A stretch of DNA of 64,000 bases from an uncultured virus (IMG/VR IMGVR_UViG_3300047312_000104) (taxonomy: Duplodnaviria; Heunggongvirae; Uroviricota; Caudoviricetes): the IMG/VR virus record IMGVR_UViG_3300047312_000104; one strand, 5' to 3'. Made by a program: the position numbers and the translations under genes. Positions 6,781 to 14,187 of this stretch are shown here, in pieces. Every line of letters starts with the position of its first letter. The first letter of the stretch is position 1. The notes beneath the pieces are model-generated. The model saw nothing but the letters and a program-made list of their open reading frames with translations, had not been told where the DNA came from and ran no database searches.

Positions 6781-6870
6781 TGGAGCCCAGAGGTGGATTT
6801 ACGCCACCGACCTCCGCCTGTTAGGGCGGCGCTCTAGACCCCTTTCGGGACCCTGTTGAGCTACCTGGGC
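6781..6870 (-). tRNA. atypical tRNA-like gene: 6-nt anticodon loop CTAACA, hairpin inserted in D-loop
   Basis: acceptor GCCCAGG/TCTGGGC-U-CCA, D-stem GCTC/GAGC, CCGCC/GGCGG stem, GGTGG/CCACC T-stem. Confidence 0.65.
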
Positions 6871-6915
6871 ATGAGACTGAACTGTAACGAGCGGCACGAG
6901 ACCGCAAATCGAAAA

Positions 6916-6990
6916 TGGTAGGCAGTGAGGGAGTCGCACCCCCGACATCTGGAATGTAAAACCAGCGTTCCGCTGTTGAACTAACCGCCC
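6916..6990 (-). tRNA. tRNA-Val(TAC)
   Basis: loop TTTACAT, CCA. Confidence 0.9.
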
Positions 6991-6993
6991 GTG

Positions 6994-7068
6994 TGGCAGG
7001 CCTGGTAGGAATTGAACCTACACCGCGACGTTCGTAGCGTCGCATCATCTCCATTAGAATACAGGCCT
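6994..7068 (-). tRNA. tRNA-Arg(ACG)
   Basis: CGACG-CTACGAA-CGTCG, CCA. Confidence 0.92.
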
Positions 7069-7071
7069 AAA

Positions 7072-7145
7072 TGGTACTCGTAGGCGGTGCTGCCCCGCCT
7101 CTCTTTGGATGAAAGCCAAAGGTCCTACTGTTAGACGATACGAGC
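7072..7145 (-). tRNA. tRNA-Glu(TTC)
   Basis: TTTGG-CTTTCAT-CCAAA, CCA. Confidence 0.88.
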
Positions 7146-7153
7146 AAGAAAGT

Positions 7154-7273
7154 GCCGGCGTTCTACCATTGAACTACACCCTCCGCTTGGCTCTACCGTC
7201 AGTAGTCGGGCCTTGAGTCTAGCGGTCCCTTACGGGCAAGTGGGGCGTCGGGAATCGAACCCGAGTTTCCGGC
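7154..7273 (-). ncRNA. circularly permuted tRNA-like RNA (T-arm first, D-arm last)
   Basis: GCCGG-AAAC-TCGGG-TTCGATT-CCCGA-CGCCC...GGGTG-TA-GTTC-AATGGTA-GAAC-G-CCGGC. Confidence 0.8.
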
Positions 7274-7283
7274 GAGAATTGAA

Positions 7284-7361
7284 TGGTACCCATAGGGGGA
7301 GTCGCACCCCACGTCTTCACCGTGAGAGGGTGACGTCTTATCTAGCTTGGACCATATGGGC
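7284..7361 (-). tRNA. tRNA-Glu(CTC)
   Basis: TCACC-CTCTCAC-GGTGA, CCA. Confidence 0.88.
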
Positions 7362-7368
7362 ATGAAGA

Positions 7369-7437
7369 TGGCTAGGTCGGGCGGACTTTAACCGCCATGT
7401 TCGGTTTTAGGAGAACCAAGACCCATCTGGCGACCTA
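7369..7437 (-). tRNA. tRNA-Arg(CCT), nearly D-armless
   Basis: TTGGTT-CTCCTAA-AACCGA, D region CCAGATGGGTC, G73-CCA. Confidence 0.8.
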
Positions 7438-7443
7438 TCGGGA

Positions 7444-7512
7444 TGGCACGACCGGAAGGACTTTGACCTTCGCGCCTGGGTTTAGAAGACCCTGGACCCA
7501 TCTGGCGATCGT
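7444..7512 (-). tRNA. tRNA-Arg(TCT), nearly D-armless
   Basis: GGGT-CTTCTAA-ACCC, same D region CCAGATGGGTC, G73-CCA. Confidence 0.78.
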
Positions 7513-7521
7513 ATGAAAAAA

Positions 7522-7597
7522 TGGCTGCGGCGGAGGGACTCGAACCCCCTTGCTCCTAGTTAACAGCTAGGTACATGACCAGTTATGTTTCACCGCA
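7522..7597 (-). tRNA. tRNA-Asn(GTT)
   Basis: CCTAG-CTGTTAA-CTAGG, G73, CCA. Confidence 0.92.
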
Positions 7598-7646
7598 ATG
7601 TTGAAGACAAATCAGGGGGCCCCCAGACCATTCCGGAGGTCCCCCG

Positions 7647-7660
7647 TTGAGATATCTACC
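7647..7660. repeat. 14-bp inverted repeat, partner at 1664-1677
   Basis: TTGAGATATCTACC. Confidence 0.85.
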
Positions 7661-7683
7661 GATATAAAGTTGTCAACCGACCT

Positions 7684-7718
7684 AAACGAATGAACCCCGA
7701 GCTTTTGGCCCGGGGTTC
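7684..7718 (-). terminator. intrinsic terminator of attenuator B
   Basis: GAACCCCGGGC-CAAAA-GCTCGGGGTTC-ATTCGTTT (11-bp stem, interrupted U-tract). Confidence 0.75.
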
Positions 7719-7742
7719 CTGGAGTCAGAGTTTTGAGTCCTC

Positions 7743-7871
7743 TTATCCCTTTACCCCGGCCTGATTCTTTTTATTCCCGCGTTCCGCTGTCCTATCGCAC
7801 CCAATAGTGGTACCGTGGACCTTTGCGGGTCTCGGCCACGTGGCGGCTATAGTGGTGACGGTGGGGATCAT
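7743..7871 (-). CDS. 42-aa leader peptide MIPTVTTIAATWPRPAKVHGTTIGCDRTAERGNKKNQAGVKG (attenuator B)
   Basis: between promoter and terminator; amino-acid set matches downstream tRNAs; CCGGGGT near its end pairs with terminator 5' arm. Confidence 0.8.
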   Translation of the reverse strand: MIPTVTTIAATWPRPAKVHGTTIGCDRTAERGNKKNQAGVKG

Positions 7872-7896
7872 TGAAGGTAGCACACTCTGGTTCAGG

Positions 7897-7925
7897 ATGG
7901 TACTAGGAGTCGGATCAAAGGTCAA
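7897..7925 (-). promoter_or_regulatory. sigma70-like promoter TTGACC-N17-TACCAT of leader B
   Basis: -35 at 7920-7925, -10 at 7897-7902. Confidence 0.65.
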
Positions 7926-7928
7926 GCA

Positions 7929-8522
7929 TTAGACGGGAGTGAACGAAGCCTGGAGGACATAGGTACCAGCCGTACGGGCAAAGATCCCACCCGTGTCGGT
8001 CTTGATGTATACGTCCCCGTTAACCCCGACAGCATCATTCGGAGCGGAAGTCCCGAATCTGACGGTGGTCTGAACCGAAGCCGCAATGGCCGCATCTCGG
8101 TTAGTTACTTCGGCCGCTTCGGCTGCCTCGGCCCGCGCCACTTCGGCAATCAGGTCGTTGTTGACGTTCGTGACGCCAACGATTCGGGCGTTCGTTTCAT
8201 CATCTAGCGCATTCGAAAGCGCGGTATCGGCGTTCCCACGGGTAGTGGCTTCGGAGCTAATGGCGTTCGTCAGAACGATGTCAGCAGCAGTCCGGGCAAC
8301 AGTCTCAGCTGTGACGTCGACTCCACCCTCGCCACCAACCTGCACCCACACGGCCGCGCCGTCGATCGACGACGTACAGACGTATTCGTTGGCAGGATTG
8401 GTCAGGGTGTTGATCCACCGAGCCCCTACTTCGAAACCCTGAAGGTGACCATTGGCTGTGGTGGGAACACCAGCGCGCAGCACGTAGAGGTCACGGAGAA
8501 CGGCGAGGGTAAGTCTATGCAT
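7929..8522 (-). CDS. probable virion fibre/decoration protein
   Basis: coiled-coil E..AR..AD repeats; GTSAPNDAVGVNGDVYIKTDTG fibre-type motif. Confidence 0.7.
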   Translation of the reverse strand: MHRLTLAVLRDLYVLRAGVPTTANGHLQGFEVGARWINTLTNPANEYVCTSSIDGAAVWVQVGGEGGVDVTAETVARTAADIVLTNAISSEATTRGNADTALSNALDDETNARIVGVTNVNNDLIAEVARAEAAEAAEVTNRDAAIAASVQTTVRFGTSAPNDAVGVNGDVYIKTDTGGIFARTAGTYVLQASFTPV

Positions 8523-8562
8523 AGGAAGTCCTTAGGGGTAAACCATGGATATGGTAGTAATA

Positions 8563-8590
8563 AAATTATCGAAATATATAGCAGGTACAA
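8563..8590 (-). promoter_or_regulatory. putative structural-gene promoter TTGTAC-N16-TAATTT
   Basis: same motif and spacing at 13103-13130 and 13497-13524. Confidence 0.6.
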
Positions 8591-8626
8591 GAAGCCAGTG
8601 TGGACCCTATCGGGCCCCACTGGCTC
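8589..8626 (-). terminator. hairpin/terminator after long fibre gene
   Basis: GAGCCAGTG...CACTGGCTTC-TT. Confidence 0.5.
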
Positions 8627-11615
8627 AATCCAAGGTGATCCTGAGATCAGGACAAATCTGAGTAGTCGCGATAGCGATTATGGCCCCGGTGAAGGGTCCG
8701 GTGCCGGTCAGAACGCCGGACGACACGGTCGACTGAACCAACCCTTGAGACATATCATAGGCCAAAGCAACAAAAGTTGGCTGGGTGGTATTCTGTGCAG
8801 TCCTAATGCCTGCCCACAAGTGGGTTCCGGCGGTAACACTAGTGGCAAACGCCGATGTATTGCGTTTAACCCCAGTAGAGTTCATGGAATCAACTGTGCC
8901 GGTCGACACGATTTTGGTCATCGATAGACCGGTCTTGTTTGGCCCAGTAGTGGTTGAGAATAAGCCAACCTCCGCCGTCTGGGTACCAGTACCACCGGTC
9001 GAGACGTGGAACTCAACAAATTTAGGAGTGAAGGTTGTGGTGACACGACCAACATAGACGAAATAGGCGGTACCACTTATGGTCAAGAAGCCCGTCGCGT
9101 GGTTGGACAACGTGGATTTGAAAACCCGTTCGTTATCCTCACAGCCGGTTCCCAATCTAGCGTCATTACCGACGCACAGGGTTGTGCTCGATGTACCAGC
9201 CAAGAGGGCCGCGGACTGGGTAACGGTCATCGCCTCTGGGACACCGGTACCGGCGGTGGTTCTGCCGATGAACGTAGCGGTGGCGACGTTAGCCATTTTG
9301 GCCAGCGTGACGGCCGCTGTAGCGATCGTAGTAGCCAACGATCCAGCCGAGTTGGTCACGTCACCCGTAAACGCAGGTACGACACCCGTCGGTATGGTGG
9401 TCAGCGATTCGACGTTACCAGTACCGGCAGTATTACGACCAAGGACAGTAGCTGTCGAAACAGTGGCCATTTTGGCCAGCGTGACGGCATTGGCAGCAAT
9501 TGTAGTCGCGAGTGAACCAGCTGAGTTGGTGACATCACCCGTCAGGGCAGGCATCGTCCCGGTAGGGATAGTGGTCAGAGATTCGACGTTGCCAGTACCA
9601 GCAGTGTTGCGGCCAAGGAGAGTGGCGGTTGAAACAGTCGCCATCTTGGCCAGCGTCACAGCATTGGCGGCTATGGTGGTGGCTAGAGCACCCCCGGCAG
9701 TCGTTACGTCACCGGTAAAGGCTGGCACCGTGCCGGTCGGGATCGTGGACAATACCTCGACAACACCCGTGCTGGCGGTGTTACGACCAAGGATGGACGC
9801 GGTGGCGACGTTAGCCATTTTGGCCAGCGTGACGGCGCTGTTGGCGATGGTCGTCGCGAGGGCACCACCGGCGGTTGTTACGTCACCGGTCAGGGCAGGC
9901 ATGCAGCCTGTGGGGAGCGTCGCTAACGACTCAGGGACACCGGTTCCGGCGGTGTTACGACCGATGATGTGCGCGGTCGCGAGATCGGCCATCTTGGCCA
10001 GCGTGACGGCACTGGTGGCGATCGTGGTAGCGAGGGCACCCCCGGCAGTCGTTACGTCACCGGTAAAAGCAGGGACGCAGCCGGTCGGCAACGTGGCGAG
10101 TGACTCAGGGACACCAGTCCCGGCAGTGTTACGCCCGATGATGTGGGCGGTGGCGAGGTTGGCCATCTTGGCCAACGTAACCGCTGCCGTGGCAATCGTC
10201 GTAGCCAACGATCCAGCTGAATTGGTTACATCACCCGTGAATGCCGGGACAACGCCCGTCGGGATCGTGGTGAGAACCTCGGGGTCCCCCGTCCCGGCTG
10301 TGTTACGCCCAAGAACGCTAGCGGTGGCGATGTCGGCCATCTTGGCCAGCGTCACCGCGTTATTGGCAATTGTCGTAGCCAACGACCCGCCTGTGTTGGT
10401 CACATCGCCGGTCAAGGCGGGCATACAACCAGTCGGAAGTGTTGCTAATGACTCGGGGACACCAGTCCCGGCAGTGTTACGCCCGATGATGTGGGCGGTG
10501 GCAAGGTTAGCCATCTTGGCCAGCGTGACGGCCCCGCTTGTGATGGTGGCGTCGAACCCACTCGCCAAACCAGTGAAATCTACATCGCCAGCACCACCGG
10601 GGAAACTCCCCATGGTTGTGTTCATCAACTTCAGAAATAGATCATTTCCAAAAACGCCATTCGACACACCGACAAACATATACGGTTTAAGGGCATATTT
10701 GGTTCCCTCGTCGGCCACCACGATACGGCCTACCACTTTGGCGTACGTGTCGGCGTCAGGAGCACGCGTCCAGTCACCGGTATGAACTATCCAGATACCA
10801 TCACCATCGCTAACGGGTTGCTCCCCTACTGCAATCCGATCACCGTCGACAAGCGCAACCCCGTCTACCGTTTGTTCACCACTTAGGGTCAAATCGTTCT
10901 CGCCCCAGAGTACCCGAACATAGGCAACACTAGGGATCGTAGTAGCGGAGGTAATGCGACCCTTGACGTCTACCGCGATACTCGGGATATTGATCGCATC
11001 CCCATAAGTGGCAGCCGTCACACCTGAGTTTGCCAGAGTGGTGGCAACAGTTCCGGCCGAGGTCGTCACATCGCCCGTCAGGGCTGGCATCTGGGCTGCG
11101 GCCACCGACCCGGCTAGGTTGCTAACTGTGATCGGATCCGACCCGGCTGATGAATGGGTTGTGGCGTGGGCCGTGGGGGTCCTTGCGTCAGCCAACCGGG
11201 CGTCGTTACCGACACATAGGGTAGTGGCCGAAGTACCAGCCAACTCAGCGGCCAACTGGGTCTCGGTCAGGTCGATCGCGTTAGCGGTGCTACCAGTGTT
11301 GTTGCCCTTGAACGTGTGGGCAGCCATCTGGGCCATCTTGGCATTGGTGATCTGGTTGGCGTTAACATCCGCCGTATCAACCAGCTTAGCAGCGCCGTCC
11401 TGGGTCCCCGACGTGACGTGGACGAATCCAGTCCCGGTAGGGGTCGAGGAGGCGTTGACCTTAATCCACGTTCCCGGTGATCCGGCAGTCTGGCATAGGT
11501 ACAGATCCCCTGCCGAATCGACGATCAGTTCACCTTCATCGTGAGTACCACTCGACGGCGCCCCCGAGGACGCCGTCGGGACTAGTTCGATCCCATTATA
11601 GAACGGGGTAGCCAT
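8625..11615 (-). CDS. long tail/head fibre-like protein with 58-aa tandem repeats
   Basis: 996 aa, T/A/G-rich, AVTLAKMA...TGDVT repeats, VDGVALVDGDRI...W.RA.DAD fibre domain. Confidence 0.85.
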   Translation of the reverse strand: MATPFYNGIELVPTASSGAPSSGTHDEGELIVDSAGDLYLCQTAGSPGTWIKVNASSTPTGTGFVHVTSGTQDGAAKLVDTADVNANQITNAKMAQMAAHTFKGNNTGSTANAIDLTETQLAAELAGTSATTLCVGNDARLADARTPTAHATTHSSAGSDPITVSNLAGSVAAAQMPALTGDVTTSAGTVATTLANSGVTAATYGDAINIPSIAVDVKGRITSATTIPSVAYVRVLWGENDLTLSGEQTVDGVALVDGDRIAVGEQPVSDGDGIWIVHTGDWTRAPDADTYAKVVGRIVVADEGTKYALKPYMFVGVSNGVFGNDLFLKLMNTTMGSFPGGAGDVDFTGLASGFDATITSGAVTLAKMANLATAHIIGRNTAGTGVPESLATLPTGCMPALTGDVTNTGGSLATTIANNAVTLAKMADIATASVLGRNTAGTGDPEVLTTIPTGVVPAFTGDVTNSAGSLATTIATAAVTLAKMANLATAHIIGRNTAGTGVPESLATLPTGCVPAFTGDVTTAGGALATTIATSAVTLAKMADLATAHIIGRNTAGTGVPESLATLPTGCMPALTGDVTTAGGALATTIANSAVTLAKMANVATASILGRNTASTGVVEVLSTIPTGTVPAFTGDVTTAGGALATTIAANAVTLAKMATVSTATLLGRNTAGTGNVESLTTIPTGTMPALTGDVTNSAGSLATTIAANAVTLAKMATVSTATVLGRNTAGTGNVESLTTIPTGVVPAFTGDVTNSAGSLATTIATAAVTLAKMANVATATFIGRTTAGTGVPEAMTVTQSAALLAGTSSTTLCVGNDARLGTGCEDNERVFKSTLSNHATGFLTISGTAYFVYVGRVTTTFTPKFVEFHVSTGGTGTQTAEVGLFSTTTGPNKTGLSMTKIVSTGTVDSMNSTGVKRNTSAFATSVTAGTHLWAGIRTAQNTTQPTFVALAYDMSQGLVQSTVSSGVLTGTGPFTGAIIAIATTQICPDLRITLD
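9215..10535 (-). repeat. 174-nt coding tandem repeat, 7 complete units plus a partial eighth
   Basis: AVTLAKMA codons recur at 174-nt intervals. Confidence 0.9.
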
Positions 11616-12796
11616 TAGGCGTGGATCGTTACGCGGAACTGGTTGGTGGTCGGCGCAATCGAGAATCGGAATCGAGCCGTGTTGGTATCGAGCCGTTCTA
11701 CGTCACAGACGACCGTTTCCCATGGGCTAGAGGCGCGCGCAACCGCGATCACCACATCCCTGGTACCAAAGTTGTGAACAACATCGATTTGGGTCGAGCT
11801 ATTATCGCCAATGGAAGCCGAAAACTTCTGAACTACGATCGAGGTGTCGATCGCCACGTCGTTGGCGTTGGACAGGATACCGGTACCGGCCCCAACGTCG
11901 AGCGTGTTGCCAGTCTTGGTGAGACCATTACCGGCGATGATTGTGGCAGAGCTCGAAAACTGGCTGAAGGCCAGAGAGGTCGTGTTGAGGGTGATGGGAT
12001 CATCGGTCGTCAGAACCCAGCCGATGTCTGCGTTGTTTGTACCTTCGGTCGAGAACGCGTACAAGCCTGCCGTGACCTTTGCCGACGAATCAGCATCGGT
12101 GGTACGGGTCAGGGTGTAGGGAGTACCGCCGGTACCGACCTGGCTGACGTACCAGAGACCATTGTCTGCGCCGGCTGCACCGTCCTTGAGAAGCAGACGG
12201 TCATTCAGGACCAGGGTCACACCATCGACAGCTGCCAAGGCGCCGAAGCTGGTAGCGGTGATGACATTGGCGGTCCTGGTGTAGGCCGGGAGGGCTGCGT
12301 CGGTAGCGACGCGAACGCTAGCTTTGGTGTCCAGGCCTTGCGCGGTGGCGTCCACGTATGCCTTGGTGGCAACGTCTTGGGCGGCTGACGGATCAGCGGC
12401 TTGGAAACGGGCTGAGCCGTCGCGCAGGACGAGAGTCGAGGCCGTGTTGGACGCTGTGGCGTTAGTCAGGGTCGTCTTGTCAGTAGCAGAGAAGAAACCA
12501 TCGACCGAGGTGGTAGCCAGGGCAGGCATGGCGTGACGGTGGTCAGCCCTGGCGGCTTCGATGGCAGTTCCGACCGAGGCGGTGGACCCTACCCCTTCGG
12601 CAGTCGGGGAGGTCGAGCCAAGCCATGGGATGTCGCGCCATGCCGCGTTCGAATACTCTCGGAGGGTCTTGTCTACTGTGTTGTAGTAGATCAAACCTTC
12701 GACCGGGCCGCTTGGATCGCTAGCCAGGTTCTGGATAACGGCGTTCTGGAGCTCGTTCTTAGAAAGATCAATTGCGGTCAGGAAGGGGATAGCCAT
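11615..12796 (-). CDS. phage head/tail fibre-type structural protein
   Basis: ATKAYVD, VRVAT...VDGVTLVLNDRLLLKD...LTRTTDAD, C-terminal HNFGTRDV. Confidence 0.8.
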   Translation of the reverse strand: MAIPFLTAIDLSKNELQNAVIQNLASDPSGPVEGLIYYNTVDKTLREYSNAAWRDIPWLGSTSPTAEGVGSTASVGTAIEAARADHRHAMPALATTSVDGFFSATDKTTLTNATASNTASTLVLRDGSARFQAADPSAAQDVATKAYVDATAQGLDTKASVRVATDAALPAYTRTANVITATSFGALAAVDGVTLVLNDRLLLKDGAAGADNGLWYVSQVGTGGTPYTLTRTTDADSSAKVTAGLYAFSTEGTNNADIGWVLTTDDPITLNTTSLAFSQFSSSATIIAGNGLTKTGNTLDVGAGTGILSNANDVAIDTSIVVQKFSASIGDNSSTQIDVVHNFGTRDVVIAVARASSPWETVVCDVERLDTNTARFRFSIAPTTNQFRVTIHA

Positions 12797-12821
12797 GGGT
12801 CTCTCTTAAGGGTTACGTTAA

Positions 12822-13088
12822 TTAGTTCAGATACGCTTTGCCAGCGAATGCGCCAGAGAACGTGATCGTAAATTGGCTGTCACTGTTGTACTGAATCGAT
12901 CCCATGACCATCGTGCCAGCGCTGTCCACGATCGTCACGCTCGGGAAGCTGCCAAGGTTGTGGGTCACGACCCAGACGCTGCTCGCAATAGCTTGGTGGT
13001 GAATATAGGTCGAGCTAACCACGTCCCCCGTGGGGAGCGCGACAGTTCGACCGTTTATCAACACCAATGGACGTTGGTTAGCAGTCAT
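12822..13088 (-). CDS. small fibre-associated protein
   Basis: W.V.HNLG.FPSVT.VD motif. Confidence 0.75.
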   Translation of the reverse strand: MTANQRPLVLINGRTVALPTGDVVSSTYIHHQAIASSVWVVTHNLGSFPSVTIVDSAGTMVMGSIQYNSDSQFTITFSGAFAGKAYLN

Positions 13089-13102
13089 AGAGAAGTAGGT
13101 AC

Positions 13103-13130
13103 AAATTAGACTTAGGGTACCTATGAACAA
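13103..13130 (-). promoter_or_regulatory. putative promoter TTGTTC-N16-TAATTT
   Basis: motif shared by three structural genes. Confidence 0.6.
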
Positions 13131-13178
13131 GCTTAGTGGGCTGGTAGTACAGCCCACTACTATGACATCGACAGCTGA

Positions 13179-13472
13179 TTAGCGAGGGCGGACCCGCAGA
13201 TACAGGAACGTCGAGGCCAGGTCGATGGTACCACCGGTTTCGTTCTGGAGGCGAACCTTAACCGAGTTAGCACTGTCAACCCAGGCGAACAACAGGATCC
13301 CTTGGGTATCAACCCCCATCGAGACGTCCACGAAGTCGCCAATGGCGGCACCGGTGACCGTGTAGCCACCCAGGGTGGTACCGACTCCGTCGTTCAGTGA
13401 CGCAACGTCAACCGACGCAACCGTGAGGTCTAGGGAGGTTTGAGAGAGGAGTTCACGGCCTAGGCGACGCAT
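13179..13472 (-). CDS. small beta-rich structural protein
   Basis: TVTGAAIGDFV...AWVDSANSVKVR.QN.TGGTIDLAS. Confidence 0.75.
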   Translation of the reverse strand: MRRLGRELLSQTSLDLTVASVDVASLNDGVGTTLGGYTVTGAAIGDFVDVSMGVDTQGILLFAWVDSANSVKVRLQNETGGTIDLASTFLYLRVRPR

Positions 13473-13496
13473 CAGATGACCCCTTTGGGTAATTCA

Positions 13497-13524
13497 AAAT
13501 TAGCTCCTTGGGATCGAGGAACAA
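13497..13524 (-). promoter_or_regulatory. putative promoter TTGTTC-N16-TAATTT
   Basis: motif shared by three structural genes. Confidence 0.6.
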
Positions 13525-13540
13525 GTATCAGAGGATAGCC

Positions 13541-14158
13541 CTAGGGCTGTTTGCCTCTTAGACGGTTCAAAATCCCAAGAATCCCTTGGGCAGGGGTAGC
13601 CGGAGGCTGCCTGGTATAACGACCAAATCCTTCTCCAGGGGCAGGGGCCTCTGTGCCGAGTTGCTCCATCATTGGCTGGGGCGGGGCAATGCGGGGTTCA
13701 GGCAACTCAGGGGTATTGTACTGTCTAGGGAGACCGGCGGCCCGTCTGGCCATCGAGGCATCGTAGGCCTTGATCCGCGCATCCAAGATTCCGATCGGGG
13801 CCCCTCTGGGTTCCAAGGCGGGATTTATGACTTCGTTCTGGGCCGCGGTAAGGTCTCGCTCGGCAGCGCTAAGGTTAGCCTTGGGATCGTACGGGGCTTT
13901 CATCCAGCGATTCTCAGCTTCGCGGTACCGGGCCCCAATGGCCTTCAGGGGTCCCTGGGGGATATCTGCGGGCTGGAGGGATTCGGTCTGGGGGACCTTT
14001 GGGGCTAGTTTGGGTCGGATCGATTGACCGAGCTCGGCCATGTTGGACTTGATCGGCACCTTCGGGACAAGCCCAGGATGGCCCTCAAGGGCGTTCCCGG
14101 CCCCATGCCCAAGATTCTTGACCCCTTGGGCGATTGAGCTGAATACTGACATACCCAA
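13541..14158 (-). CDS. Pro-rich hypothetical protein
   Basis: 205-aa ORF in gene-strand orientation. Confidence 0.65.
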   Translation of the reverse strand: MGMSVFSSIAQGVKNLGHGAGNALEGHPGLVPKVPIKSNMAELGQSIRPKLAPKVPQTESLQPADIPQGPLKAIGARYREAENRWMKAPYDPKANLSAAERDLTAAQNEVINPALEPRGAPIGILDARIKAYDASMARRAAGLPRQYNTPELPEPRIAPPQPMMEQLGTEAPAPGEGFGRYTRQPPATPAQGILGILNRLRGKQP

Positions 14159-14187
14159 TAGTTACTTGTCGGGCTACCCCTTGCCAG

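Noticed and set aside
7444..7512. Second amber suppressor (TTCTAAA in loop)
   Set aside because: Stem pairing GGGT/ACCC centres the loop on TCT, and it is a clear paralog of adjacent Arg-CCT.
7872..7925. TTG-start extension of leader B in the ORF track
   Set aside because: That TTG is the -35 box and the extension spans the promoter.
9215..10535. CRISPR array or DGR repeats
   Set aside because: These are in-frame coding repeats with no spacers, and no cas or reverse transcriptase gene was recognised in the window.
9079..10785. 568-aa plus-strand ORF and other plus-strand ORFs
   Set aside because: Antisense shadows of GC-rich minus-strand genes or tRNAs, with no recognisable motifs.
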